A DNA stretch of 63,978 bases, counting the filler, from Phoronis australis (taxonomy: Eukaryota; Animalia; Phoronida), in assembly GCA_002633005.1 (NCBI GenBank). It is 8 parts of 8 records of this genome, joined end to end, with 100 filler letters (N's around TTAATTAATTAA, not from the genome) between each part and the next. Parts side by side here need not be neighbours in the genome. Positions count along the whole stretch, not along the records: positions 34,979 to 38,439 come from NMRA01003005.1; positions 38,540 to 41,419 come from NMRA01003348.1; positions 41,520 to 48,792 come from NMRA01001377.1; 5 more parts are not named here. One strand, written 5' to 3'. The notes under the pieces were generated by a model that saw only the letters and a program-made list of their open reading frames with translations, was not told the DNA's origin and did no database searches. The position numbers and the translations under genes were made by a program. Below are positions 35,086 to 47,210 of the stretch, piece by piece (position 1 is the stretch's first letter; every line of letters starts with the position of its first letter).

Positions 35086-35223
35086 TGTGTGGCATAAAAT
35101 GTTGAAACTTACTCACTGGATAAGTTCAATAATCGCATGGTGTTGTGTACATTTTTCAGCTGTAGCATTGTGATGTGTGATAATCTGGTATCCAGTGTAT
35201 AACTTTTACACAGCCAGACCCTG

Positions 35224-35491
35224 GGGTCCTTTCATGAAAACGACTCAACTTTTAAGACTGCATAATTTAAGTGTTGCGCTCCACATAACTATTTCTTTAA
35301 AATATTTCAAGCGAATAAAATATCGGAGAATATTCCAGTGCTTGTTACATAGTGCGAAATTTTGTGCAAATTATTTCCAGTGCTAGTAATTACGTACTAA
35401 GTAAGCCTTTGTTTTTGACAGTTTTGAAGTGGGACCATCAGACCAAATTTTGGTCTTAAGTCCTCTGAGTTGCTTTTCATGAAACAAACCC
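35224..35491. mobile_element. PIF/Harbinger-type MITE, CTG TSD
   Basis: GGGTCCTTTCATGAAAACGACTC at the left, GAGTTGCTTTTCATGAAACAAACCC at the right, CTG on both flanks. Confidence 0.65.
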
Positions 35492-35575
35492 CTGGAAAAC
35501 AAAAAGGCCGTCAAGCAGAATAATAATAGTGTTTAGACAGTAGTGTACCCTAATCGATATGCGTCCTGTCTACAG

Positions 35576-35749
35576 CAAGATGCTGTGGGTAACCTTCGCA
35601 AGGCTCGCTCATTGTACATCCAACGGCAGCAGGAGTATGAAAAGGCAAAGGAGACGTCGCAGAAGGTGGAGAGCGAGAGCCTAGCGCAGTCTGGTGGCCT
35701 ACAGAAGATTGAGAAGAAAAGGAAGGCTGAAGACGATGCCATGCACAGG
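35576..35749 (+). CDS. ARHGAP29/ARHGAP45(HMHA1)/GMIP-family RhoGAP, F-BAR exon
   Basis: 174 bp phase 0, cag/gtaact; QDAVGNLRKARSLYIQRQQEYEKAKE...KIEKKRKAEDDAMHR resembles ARHGAP45 QEAESNLRKAKQGYVQRCEDHDKAR...LDKRRRLEEEAKNK. Confidence 0.88.
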
Positions 35750-36511
35750 GTAACTATAGAACAAGGCAAAAAATAATCGGACAAATACCATTTCTCTGTC
35801 ATGACAGCTAATCCAGTGAACAGTAAAATTGATTGATGAAAAAATATCAGGAGGCAGTTATGATTACAGAATGGCTGAGGCAACTTACTATCTTACTTGT
35901 TAATTCCCTTCTTTCTGGGTCACAAGAGAAAACCATAACTCTGACGATGAATTTCCACCCAATCGTCATGACAGGGAATTCCAGGTTATTTTGTGTGAAT
36001 ACTTATTGTGTTTATTGTACAGTCTCTGTACCAGGCACTCATTGCATGGGTCACACTCACCATATGCTGTGATTCCATTTGAAGTCCCCCTGACGTCACA
36101 GAACAGGGAGGTATTCCCTCGAAAAACATGGCTGCCAGTATTTGCCGAATGTCAGGTTGGTGTTTAATGATAAAAAGAGATGGTAAAAGTCTGTGATATC
36201 AATTTCCGTCTGAAAATTTATCGAACTGTAACACTGAATTGTAGGTAAAATTTATCTATGACAAATTCTTCGTTTAGCCGTCGTTATCACTGAGGTTGTC
36301 TTAAAATAAGTTGTCTTTTTCTCACTTGGCTATACTGTCCTAGCCATCATTTTTTAAAACTGACTATCCGTAGGACTGCCACTTGATGAGTTCCTGGTCT
36401 GTACTGTACAATTTTTAATTAGCAACAAAATGTTTTTCATTAGCATTGCATGTAGTTAGTATTAATCAGCTTTATAAGAATAAAACACATTCCCCACCCT
36501 GAACACTGTTA

Positions 36512-37327
36512 GGGCTGTTCCAGCAAAATCTGTATGGGAGGGGGGGGAAGGCACTTTTATTTCGTACCCACCGCCCATATTTTTCATTTATTTCTCCAAC
36601 CCATGACCCATAATTTTTTAATTATTTTTAATAGGTTAAAATATAAAATCCAACACTTGCAAACAAATTGCCTCCAGGAGGACCTGTTAAGACCTTAGAT
36701 GACTGACAGACAAGAACTAGTTGTCTTGTCCAATATTGTCAAAAACTAAAGTAGCCTGTGAGCAATACTTTTGGCAGCCACCAGGTGTCTCTGTTCACCA
36801 TGTGTATAATTTCAATGAACATTTTTTCAATTATAAGGATCTATGAATCTCAAACTGTCTCCACGAACTCTTTTATACTTCTATGTCAAGTGAATATTGG
36901 AACTTGTTTATCTTACTCCTCATACTTTTTATTTAAAAATCATCAATTTTCTTATATGTGTTAACACCAGTTTAGTGTTGCATAACTTTTCAATTCAATA
37001 GGACTGCAGACAAACAGTTGGCTCAAATCAAGTTGCCCATGACTTGATTAATGGCTTAGTGAACATATTGCACTCTGTTCACTGGCAATATGGGCTTTTT
37101 TTGTATTGGGATAAATTAGGATATATGCATTTTTTTTTAGTTTTGAGGGCTGAAGTAACCAACCTTTCAACATTAACAGGTCAAAAAATACCACCCATTT
37201 TTAATGCATCACTTCTTACAGGAACGACCACCTATAATTTGTGTTTTTTTTCTGAAGACAACCACCCATGAATTTTTATTTCTACTGCCGTCCCCCCCCT
37301 CCCACACGGATTTTACTGGAACAGCCC
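36512..37327. mobile_element. PIF/Harbinger-type MITE, TTA TSD
   Basis: ~34-bp TIR GGGCTGTTCCAG(C/T)AAAATC..T.TGGGAGGGGGG with TTA on both flanks. A second left end lies near 62083. Confidence 0.85.
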
Positions 37328-37639
37328 TTAGCGGTTTGATCTGGTTAACACCTTACCAGAGTTCTCGATAATGTGTAACGTTGCTATGTTCAGAATTGGA
37401 TGTGGAACTGTCAAAATGTTTTTTGAACTTCTGACGGTGCACCGACAAAATGGCCGCCACTCTGGACTGGCACTATTGAACTCCACGTTTTATGAATTGC
37501 TGCTGTACAACCCAAGCACATGTGGAGCTGGAATTTGCAAAATTTAATTGCTCCTACTTCGGTGATGCGTCTCGATTGGTGAAATTCTTTCTGTGTCATT
37601 GTTTTACCTTCATGAAAGTTGACCCATTTGTCCATGCAG

Positions 37640-37834
37640 GCTCTTGAAGCCGAGACAACCTACAAGGCGTGTGTGATGGAAGCCAACATGAGACAGATGG
37701 AACTTGAGAAGGTGAAGGGGAACATGTTGAGTCAGGTGCGTGAACTGGTCTACCAGTGTGAACAGACTATGAAGTCGGTGACTGTCAACTATTTCAGGCT
37801 GCAGCACATGGTCACTGCTCCGGCCCCTGTACAG
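37640..37834 (+). CDS. ARHGAP29/45/GMIP-family RhoGAP, next F-BAR exon
   Basis: 195 bp, cag/gtacgt; ALEAETTYKACVMEANMRQMELEKVK...VYQCEQTMKSVTVNYFRLQHMVTAPAPVQ resembles ARHGAP45 AEEAMATYRTCVADA...SDQTIKSATISYYQMMHMQTAPLPVH. Confidence 0.9.
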
Positions 37835-38439
37835 GTACGTACCATTCACCGGGTGTGATATTTTCGGGTGTGTCGGTTGAAACGTTGTGAGTTGTGCCGT
37901 TTTGAGAAGACTTTTTGAAAACGTGCTGTGGGACGCACAAATGACTCGCCCACACCGATGTATGTTTTTGTTATATGATTTTGTCACTTGTCAATGTTTT
38001 CCCCGATTATTCTTTGTAATCAGGCCTTTTAATGATAGTTCATTAAAATTTGATTACTTAAGACACGTTTCATTCTTACAAGAGGGATTTAGAAGCAAGG
38101 TGAGGTGTGCACATCCCGGGTGCACAACTAGTATAACTATTATGTTGGGACACTTGTGTATTTCAGTGGTGAATCTTAATTCTAGTTTGGAGATAAGACA
38201 AATAGATTTCTATGATTGAACTTTTTCCTGTTGAAGCTCCTAGGCAGTCTTTTGGACATGTTAAACTATGTCACACTTGTTTAGTCATGTTTTGAAGATG
38301 AACATTTACGAGTCTTTAAAGAAGTAGGATTAAGGTTAAATATTCTTACGTTATGATTTGAGAGGTCGCATACATGATAGATAAACCTCCTGAAGCCAAT
38401 GCAACAGCTCACCAGCCAGACATTCTATAAATAGACACC

Positions 38440-38539
38440 NNNNNNNNNNNNNNNNNNNNNNNNNNNNNNNNNNNNNNNNNNNNTTAATTAATTAANNNNN
38501 NNNNNNNNNNNNNNNNNNNNNNNNNNNNNNNNNNNNNNN
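38440..38539. other. Artificial contig linker
   Basis: N44-TTAATTAATTAA-N44. Confidence 0.97.
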
Positions 38540-39055
38540 AATCCTGGATCCGCCCCTGGGGTCAAGGCCCATGTTAGAACTGATGGCTATGAAAATGCAG
38601 ATGGACAGGCAAAAATAGTAGTACTTGAACCAACTATCCCGATATCTTGCAGATGTTGCATGATGCAGAGTGCACGCAGTTGGGTACCGCGTTTCCGGTC
38701 AGCTGCCCAAAGGGCGTCTCTTAACTCGTGTGGCCTTTCACATATGATGAGTGAAACTCAAAATTTAAAAAAACTTTCTGAGTTTTTGGCAGAGGGGGTA
38801 TTACACACGTCATTCAAAATTTAAGAGTTAGCCCGACGCATGCACGTCACTGGGCATATGGGTTACCCAGTGTATCCTGAGTATGCAACTATGCTACTGA
38901 CGTTGAAATTGTCGAACATCTTGTACAGAGTATCCCACGTTCCACGAGCTAACTAACAAAAAAGATGTGTGAGATAGTTCATATTTATCGAAGTAAACAA
39001 AAACACACCTAAGTGGTGTAAGAAGTGCAACTACCATTACGACACTTTAATCAAA

Positions 39056-39304
39056 AATACAATACAATACAATACAATGCAATGCAATACAATACAATGC
39101 AATGCAATACAATACAATGTAATGCAATGCAATATAATACAATGCAATACAATGCAATACAATACAATGCAATGCAATACAATACAATGCAATGCAATGC
39201 AATACAATACAATGCAATACAATACAATGCAATGCAATACAATGCAATGCAATGCAATGCAATACAATGCAATACAATACAATGCAATGCAATACAATAC
39301 AATA
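39056..39304. repeat. (AATAC/AATGC)n compound pentanucleotide microsatellite
   Basis: About 50 units read directly. Confidence 0.97.
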
Positions 39305-39580
39305 ATTAATGAGAACTAATTAAGGCTGAATTAAACTGATGGGAACTTAAATATAAGTCCGTATTATTTGATTGTGATGTGAAATAGGTAATGATGTGTT
39401 GAAAACCATGATGCACGGCAGTTGAACTGAAGGGCGCGCTGAAACCTGTGGGAGCGTAGCTGAAGTTAAATTTGATAAAATATTCAATGAATATAATATA
39501 GTGATAAGGTTAACTAAGTTTAATGCATGAAAAACGTTAATGATGAGGGTTGTGAAGAGGTGGCCAATGAGTTGGGGAGG

Positions 39581-39621
39581 GAGAGAGAGAGAGAGAGAGA
39601 GTGAGAGAGAGAGAGAGAGAG
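39581..39621. repeat. (GA)n microsatellite running into an assembly gap (39622-40197)
   Basis: Direct reading. Confidence 0.95.
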
Positions 39622-41419
39622 NNNNNNNNNNNNNNNNNNNNNNNNNNNNNNNNNNNNNNNNNNNNNNNNNNNNNNNNNNNNNNNNNNNNNNNNNNNNNNN
39701 NNNNNNNNNNNNNNNNNNNNNNNNNNNNNNNNNNNNNNNNNNNNNNNNNNNNNNNNNNNNNNNNNNNNNNNNNNNNNNNNNNNNNNNNNNNNNNNNNNNN
39801 NNNNNNNNNNNNNNNNNNNNNNNNNNNNNNNNNNNNNNNNNNNNNNNNNNNNNNNNNNNNNNNNNNNNNNNNNNNNNNNNNNNNNNNNNNNNNNNNNNNN
39901 NNNNNNNNNNNNNNNNNNNNNNNNNNNNNNNNNNNNNNNNNNNNNNNNNNNNNNNNNNNNNNNNNNNNNNNNNNNNNNNNNNNNNNNNNNNNNNNNNNNN
40001 NNNNNNNNNNNNNNNNNNNNNNNNNNNNNNNNNNNNNNNNNNNNNNNNNNNNNNNNNNNNNNNNNNNNNNNNNNNNNNNNNNNNNNNNNNNNNNNNNNNN
40101 NNNNNNNNNNNNNNNNNNNNNNNNNNNNNNNNNNNNNNNNNNNNNNNNNNNNNNNNNNNNNNNNNNNNNNNNNNNNNNNNNNNNNNNNNNNNNNNNNTAC
40201 TTCACTTTTCAGGAGACAGACACCTGGATAGTTTGTTTATTGAACTTTTGTCTCTGTTTCTCATTCTAAATAACCGCGTGGATGTTGCATTTTGCGTTAC
40301 GGCGTGCACTTATCGACTTTCCGAACGACGGTAGAAAGAAATTAACGCGAAAATAATTTTGTTGCATCCTGAGAGACTATTATCATAGTTATTATCCCTT
40401 GACGTCTCTAATTATTTGTATTATCTGCTGCGGCTTTTTACCCAGTTCACCATTACTGCGGGAAACAGAACGTTCTATAGTTATACAGTTCGTAGATGAA
40501 AGGCTTGTTGTAAATGGCGCTTGCCATAAACCACGAACTAACTCGTTTGTTGGGAAATGAAACCGTAATCAATTTTTACTTGTATCGTTAATGTTTTCAT
40601 TTATCTTGATATATGCTTTACGTAATGTGTTCATGTTTGTTTACCGTGCAACATTATCAAGCGTGTCAGTTCCCCGATAGGACATTATAGGCTTTTATGC
40701 TTTTTGTCAATTTCCGTCAATCATCCATCATGTTGGCCTTGAATTCACGCCTGAGACTCATCTTTCGCATTATGGCGCTCAAAACAGTTTTGCGAAGAAG
40801 GTCATATTCGAGGTCATGCAGTTCGGGGCGTGTTTCGTTATAGGACTTGCGATCATATTTGATCGTAAGTTGATTATAGTCCTTCGACAAAACGTCGCTT
40901 TAGATTTTATAATTCGCGTGTAATCTCATGGTTTCGGGTTAAAAGGCACATCGAGCGACTGGTCCGCCATTTGAAAAATATCTACATGTGAACGCTCATC
41001 AAACAATTGCCTTCCTATTATTCGACCCCACGCCAAAACATCAAACGGAAGATCTGCCTTCTTGTATCCGTGAGAAGCAGTGCCGCTGGGATAACGTGAG
41101 AGAGAGCTCAATCACAATCCGCGAAGGAACAATCCCCGTGTATTCCTAGTTGGTAAAACAACCCTTAAACAGATGAGTATTGGCTAGTGTGTTCCCCTAA
41201 AGTAAGCGACACGTCGACGGTGTTAATTCTTTAGTCGTGTTCGCGGGGTGGGAGGCTACATTCCACTGACCGGTGGCGATGGTACTTAATTGGCTTGAAC
41301 ATAATTATTCTGAGTATTCATTTGTAAGAGGATTGACAGCCTGTTTTTGTGAACGCTCATTTCCGTCGGTTGATCTGCCTTCATCAGAGCTAAAGTGTCG
41401 GGCTTCTCATAAAAATCCA

Positions 41420-41519
41420 NNNNNNNNNNNNNNNNNNNNNNNNNNNNNNNNNNNNNNNNNNNNTTAATTAATTAANNNNNNNNNNNNNNNNNNNNNNNNN
41501 NNNNNNNNNNNNNNNNNNN
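41420..41519. other. Artificial contig linker
   Basis: N44-TTAATTAATTAA-N44. Confidence 0.97.
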
Positions 41520-42373
41520 TGTGACGGGACGTTCGTAACTTTATTGTTATTCTTATTTAGTTGCAAATGTTCAGTTATTCTTATGCTAATGTCTTTGTTG
41601 CGTCTCAGTGCGCCTTTGTTACGTGGGCATGTGGGCGCGACTGTATGTGTCGGGCACTTCGCTAGCGACAGGCTTAGAAGAAGGGTGTTTCCTTCCTTTG
41701 CTATCATGGAAATTGATCGTTGTCATATGCAATTGAACTGAAACGTATGCTGATGAGAGGAAATACATATTTCTTATGTTCAGTGGAGACTTGCTCTGTT
41801 ACAAAGGTACAACCACTGTCTGCGCAAATGTGTTTGACGTAAACCCTTTAGACAACGGGTGGTGGGAATTTGTAATAATAACCAAACCCTTTTGACAACG
41901 AGTGGTGGAAATTTGTAATAATAACCAAAAACTATTGAATTACAGTTACAATATAATACACAACATCTGTGTCCGATAAAGCAGTTGAAAACTGTATATC
42001 GAATTGGAAAATATACATCTTTCCATATATTTTCATTTTCAGCAATTGAATGACGATTCGTTTAGACTTAGAAGCATGCTGATAAATACCACATCAAGTC
42101 CAAATAATGAAGATGTTGAGAACACAGCTGTATTGGCACTAAAGCAGTAAACGAGACATTTACTACATTCGTTTTGAGTGATACGGGTGAAAGGAACGGA
42201 AACAAGGTACAATAAATTGTCAATCAATCACCACTACCCCTAACGACATTAGAGGAAGTCGTTATTTATTACCGTAATTGTTTCTTTGAGAACACGCAGT
42301 CAGTTTAATAACACAGCGATCCAATAAACTGAAGCAGATAATCAAATTGTTTCACTTGAGAAACTAATTGAAT

Positions 42374-45300
42374 ATGACTATGAACAGACTTCTCTTGCTC
42401 TTAAACCTTGGTTGGTGTTTGCCATTTGGAGGGCAAATGATGACCGGACATTCTCCACGTGGAGCCGCCGGTGGAAGCTGGCATATTCACGTACCAACAG
42501 GTGCTAAAGTAAAAATAACTTTGCTGGAGCTTCGTGCAGAGGGGGGTAATGTATGTAGGAACGTGACTGTTCGCTTAGTGTCCTCAAATGCTTGGACAGA
42601 ATTTCGTCCGGATTCCTGTCACCAAGGACCTCACCCTCAATGGGTATCAAAGGGCAATGTCACAGTCAGAATTATCAAACCTACAGAAACTGATGACGTC
42701 AAGTTCTCAATCACTTTTGCTTATGAATGGATTAATCCTGAAAATGACACGTGCAGACATGTTCGTGGTTTGGAAGGAGGAAAATTGTTCATAAAAAGCA
42801 CAACTGTCAATAATAACGGGTCGTCACCAACGATGCAAAAGCAATGTGTATGGAATTTGAGAAGCAACGACAGCAGGTTGGTAAACCTGACAGTTACTGA
42901 CTTAAACACAGGATATTCAAGAGAAGGTTGTAATGACGATAAACTGGTCCTGTATGACGGTACCGATGACTCACACAGGGTACTTGGAACGTACTGTGGT
43001 CACAAGTCACAGTGGTCGACAGTGTCGTCATCACCACATATGTCGGTGATACTATTCTATAGCTTGCTGGAAACTGCCACTTTCAGAGCTCAATATACAT
43101 TTGTTTCCAACCTCTCGTTTTCAACTGGTTTTGGTGATTACAAATTTCTTGGTCAAAACAGAATTATCAGTTCAAATGCATACCCTTTACCATCGTATTC
43201 ACTTCCCTCAGAGAGCACCGATGTTTATTTATTGCATATCTTAGCCACTTACGGTCAGGTGTTGCTTATGGACGTCCACACACGTGTCGCTCTTCACGTG
43301 ATTGTCTACGATGGGCCACACACGTTGCTGGCCCGACGAATGCTTCCATGGTATTCTGCGATAAAGACAGATGGCTTAACGTCTAGATACATCTCTTCAT
43401 CATTCCAGTCAACTATAGAAATTCATAAATTCGATGATCAATCGTTTAACATCACTTTTAGCTCCATTAGTGTCACCTTCACAACGTGTAAGAGCATAAA
43501 TGTGCTTAAAGACCAATATTCCTTGGTCACGTTATTGGCTGAGAAATTTCGTATTTTTAAACGAAATGTTGGACAATGTCTTTGGTACTTCAGAGCAGCA
43601 CACGTTGAACGTTTTCTTCGTTTCACCCTTGAGCTACTGAATCTAACAGACACGGACAATTGCGCGTATGAAGGAATTGTAATTTTTGATGGACCTAACA
43701 CATCGGCGCCATCCTTTGGGCCATTTTGCAGGAAGCCGATAATACTTCGACACATTGTTACCACGCAAAGCTATTTAACGGTGCTCTATTATTCAATCGG
43801 TGATTTTTTAGATAACAGCTCAGCAGTCCATGCATCTATTGAAGAGACACTTTGTAAAGGTCATTTTCTTACCCAAGCAAATTTAAATTTCCACGTTGCT
43901 GTCAGCTCATGTTACATTTTCCAAAAAGTGCCAGAAGTAACACATAGACAGGTACAGAAGATGAGCCTAACTGTTAATAAGTCAGCAACATATCACATTC
44001 TTCTCTTGATAGAAGCAAGTGAGATCGCGTCTGGTGACCGGTCAACCTTTTCGTGTTGCGAGTACTTGAAATGCTTTGGAAACATAATTCCACGTGTTCA
44101 GGGACAACACACGTTCAGTTTACATACTCCAATAAATGACACATTAGAGTTGCTGTCTTTTGTGTCCTACTGTAGTTGGTCAAGAGCGGGGATCTCTGCT
44201 AAAGTCACAGTGAAAGAAAAAGGTGGTGAAAATAATAATGGTGAATGTTTAAGGCTCAGGGACATTGCAAAGGGTATTGACCTTCCTTCCTGGAATTGCG
44301 GCCTGCTGACCTTTTCTGCTAACTCGCCTCATGTGACATTTAGATTACTAACTCATCAGAAAGAGGAATATTCGTCCCATATCGAAATTGCGTTCTTTTC
44401 TGAAAACCCATGTGCCATACATTTAAAAGCAATGGAAAGCGTTTTCAAAAATGCTGGTCAAACTGGAATTAGTAGTGGTGCGCCTGAACATTCACTTGAC
44501 TATCTGTATTATTTGCGGTGTAATGCAGGTAAGGTAGCCACCAGAATAACCAGTATTGCTGCGGACCTAGTTTGGATAACTCTTTCAAATAAACTGCAAG
44601 AACTGGCCATTGACTATACCGTTGTCCCTATACCTTTTATAGACGTTGACAACTTCAACAGGTGTAAGCCAGGCTATGTTTTGTACAAAGAGTTTTGCTA
44701 TTATCTAACTGGCCACCATAATACATGGATGCAGGGTAATGAACGTTGCAAGAAAGAAGGCGGGGAGTTGTTGAGTATCTTGGACGACGATGAGTATAAG
44801 TTCATCCTTCACTGCATGCGGACCATTTGGATGAGGCGCATTTACTCGCGCAAAACGTACAATGCAGTTTTCATTGGACTTCGTAATACAAAAGATGATT
44901 TGAGATGGACTGACAACAACCCCCTTGTATACACCAGATGGTATAGTCCAGGGGACGAAGCCACAACGTATGCCCAGGCAATAATGTCAAACGAAGCAGA
45001 GAACGATTTGCGTCACACTGTGAACGAGAATCAAAGACAGCCACTCAACGAGCCATCTAGTCGATGTACGCTGATGATTGTTCGTAACCCGCATATTGGC
45101 GCCAGCTGGTTCAAAATACCTTGTATCTATGGGTTTCGTGAAACGCAGGCAATCTGTAAACAACCTGCTACCAGCAACAAAACATCGGTGGCGAAAACGC
45201 CATCGATTAAAGAATTCCCCGCTTGTCCTCCCAGCTGGGCATTCCTGCATAATTCGTGTTACAAGCTCGTTACCAGTATGTTACCAGTAGATATACCAGT

Positions 45301-45694
45301 AAAGTTAAACACAGCTTTGGCCATGTGTCGTTCCCAGGAAGGTGCTAAACTTGCTGTAGTCAACTTTACTAACATTCACGGTATCGAGTATTTATTAAGG
45401 GTATGGAAACATAGACCTGAGTATGGCGCCATATGGGTGAACGAAACACCAGGTCCGAAATATTCAGTACTCACGTCAACGTCTACTACGCCAGAAGCAA
45501 TTTGGAGCTCTCTCGAAGCTTTAGGACGAGGTCGTATTAGTGTGCAGCCGTGGAAACTCTCAAAAACTCTCCCCGTCGGCACCTCTGTACCTGATTCGTC
45601 ACGCCCTCTTAACGTGCTGTGTGAAAGACCTGTGGTTAAACAGTACACACCATGGATTTTTGCACATTTTGAATTACCGGTGGCCACAGACTAA
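42374..45694 (+). CDS. Secreted/receptor-ectodomain protein: signal peptide, CUB domains, two C-type lectin domains; last ~18 codons and stop come from a transposon
   Basis: Hydrophobic N-terminus (MNRLLLLLNLGWCLPFGG). CUB motifs (CVWNL...CNDDKLVLYDG...LGTYCG; CLWYF...CAYEGIVIFDG...FGPFC). CTLD motifs (CKPGYVLYKEFCY...FIGL...WTD...YTRW...WFKIPC; CPPSWAFLHNSCY...VLCE). First ATG at 42374; the ORF track starts at TTG 42368. Confidence 0.9.
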   Translation: MTMNRLLLLLNLGWCLPFGGQMMTGHSPRGAAGGSWHIHVPTGAKVKITLLELRAEGGNVCRNVTVRLVSSNAWTEFRPDSCHQGPHPQWVSKGNVTVRIIKPTETDDVKFSITFAYEWINPENDTCRHVRGLEGGKLFIKSTTVNNNGSSPTMQKQCVWNLRSNDSRLVNLTVTDLNTGYSREGCNDDKLVLYDGTDDSHRVLGTYCGHKSQWSTVSSSPHMSVILFYSLLETATFRAQYTFVSNLSFSTGFGDYKFLGQNRIISSNAYPLPSYSLPSESTDVYLLHILATYGQVLLMDVHTRVALHVIVYDGPHTLLARRMLPWYSAIKTDGLTSRYISSSFQSTIEIHKFDDQSFNITFSSISVTFTTCKSINVLKDQYSLVTLLAEKFRIFKRNVGQCLWYFRAAHVERFLRFTLELLNLTDTDNCAYEGIVIFDGPNTSAPSFGPFCRKPIILRHIVTTQSYLTVLYYSIGDFLDNSSAVHASIEETLCKGHFLTQANLNFHVAVSSCYIFQKVPEVTHRQVQKMSLTVNKSATYHILLLIEASEIASGDRSTFSCCEYLKCFGNIIPRVQGQHTFSLHTPINDTLELLSFVSYCSWSRAGISAKVTVKEKGGENNNGECLRLRDIAKGIDLPSWNCGLLTFSANSPHVTFRLLTHQKEEYSSHIEIAFFSENPCAIHLKAMESVFKNAGQTGISSGAPEHSLDYLYYLRCNAGKVATRITSIAADLVWITLSNKLQELAIDYTVVPIPFIDVDNFNRCKPGYVLYKEFCYYLTGHHNTWMQGNERCKKEGGELLSILDDDEYKFILHCMRTIWMRRIYSRKTYNAVFIGLRNTKDDLRWTDNNPLVYTRWYSPGDEATTYAQAIMSNEAENDLRHTVNENQRQPLNEPSSRCTLMIVRNPHIGASWFKIPCIYGFRETQAICKQPATSNKTSVAKTPSIKEFPACPPSWAFLHNSCYKLVTSMLPVDIPVKLNTALAMCRSQEGAKLAVVNFTNIHGIEYLLRVWKHRPEYGAIWVNETPGPKYSVLTSTSTTPEAIWSSLEALGRGRISVQPWKLSKTLPVGTSVPDSSRPLNVLCERPVVKQYTPWIFAHFELPVATD

Positions 45695-46607
45695 ATGTAT
45701 GACGTAAAATTTAGCTAAACCCATGTTTATTTTGTGTAATTAACTCAAAATTTTGATTTTTCTTTCAATTTTGCCAATTTTCACATTTCCCGCCATGTGA
45801 CGTCATGGGTTGAACACAAGAGATCAGTGACTAGCATTGAACAATGGCGGAGACCAGGGAATTTGAAAGTGACGATGATTAAGAGCAAGAATTGAACGAA
45901 TACTATGAAGAAACGTATGGGAATGGTGGCCAGGATGAGGAAATGGGGTTGCACGAAAGCGAGAACAAGTTTAATGTGCTTCCGGCTGCGTACTTTTCTA
46001 CTTTGAGCCTTATGAACTGGATCCTCCCGCGAGAGAAGCGGCCTCGGGCTCGGCGAGTCAACTGAACCCAGTCATCCAACAGACGATCCTGAATTAAGAG
46101 CTGATGTTTCTGAATGATAAATATTGCCCTTTATTGAACCAGGCCTTCATCGTAACGTCTCCTGTGACTGGAGTCGAAACACGTGTCCTCAAAGTGGGCA
46201 GAACACAGAGTGGCCCCGGACCGAATCGCTTGGTCCACGATGACGTCCCACACTCTCGTTCGGCGCACGAAGTCATGCCACTTCTGCGCAACTTTGGTGT
46301 CCTTCGGAACACCGAGTAGTTTCCGCCTGGATGTTGTTGCTGCAGGCTCCGAAAACACATCTTTTGATCCCTCTACGAACCTTCTCGACGCTAAATGTAC
46401 TTTGCATTCTCTTCAATCTATACACTTTGTCTCTGATCCGAACGGTATGGCGAACGACTTGGGTTCAACCCATGACGTTGTACATAATTAATATTTTTTT
46501 TCAATTTTTGCGTGTTTCTTTATGAGCTGTGCACTAAAGGCACTGAAATCAAGTAAGATATAATAATAAAATTTATTTTGAGGTACTAGAGTCATGTTGT
46601 GTACACT
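45640..46607 (-). mobile_element. Non-autonomous Kolobok-like DNA transposon (TTAA TSD, THAP remnant) inserted in a coding exon
   Basis: TTAA at 45636-45639 and 46608-46611. Imperfect TIR ACAGTACACACCATG / AGTGTACACAACATG. Minus-strand 46131-46358 reads PKDTKVAQKWHDFVRRTRVW...LCSAHFEDTCF (THAP). Confidence 0.85.
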
Positions 46608-46611
46608 TTAA

Positions 46612-46758
46612 AGCGTCAATCAGTCAGTGTTCAAGACTGACTCAATTTAGCTGTAGCGACGGAACTTGCATCTCTATTGGCGCTATCTGCAACTTGACGC
46701 CTGATTGTTCAAAGGGAGAAGATGAAGAAAACTGCCAGGGGGAGGAATTGTTTTTCAA
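46612..46758 (+). CDS. Stranded 3' part of the CUB/CTLD exon: LDL-receptor class A domain
   Basis: In frame with 42374-45639 once the element and one TTAA are removed: (K)ASISQCSRLTQFSCSDGTCISIGAICNLTPDCSKGEDEENCQGEELFF, then gtaagt (donor) or AAG TAA. Confidence 0.85.
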
Positions 46759-47210
46759 GTAAGTTAATGGCTGTTGATCAAAATACTTTCAGCATGAAAT
46801 ATACCATGAAGTAGTACATTTGTAAGATGTGAAGTTTAGAATGGAGTTGCATTTATTAATCTTTCTGGAAAAGCACAAAGTCTCATAAATGGAAATCCCA
46901 TTTGGAAAGTAGATATATTTTTTATTACTATTTTTTCCATTGGCACAATCCATACGTCGTTGGATCTATAGCTTTATTTAATGCAATGACAGTGTTTGTT
47001 GGCAAAACGAAAAATACAGTGTCAAAATTGTAACACTTTTGTAACAACAAACAGATTGATGCATTTTACAACAAGCTATTCGTTGATACATTACCGATTT
47101 CTATGCCTCTACAAACCATGTCCATACAGTGGGTCGTTACCTTTGCTTGACCGCTTATGGGGATATGCTGCTGTTATAATGGATATCGAACAAAACAGTA
47201 AAGCCTGAAG

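Noticed and set aside
39025-40334. Cys/Tyr-rich and X-filled ORFs
   Set aside because: Products of the pentanucleotide microsatellite, (GA)n and the N gap.
40198-41419. CpG-richer segment as a promoter or first exon
   Set aside because: No identifiable exon, ORF or linked gene on this short contig.
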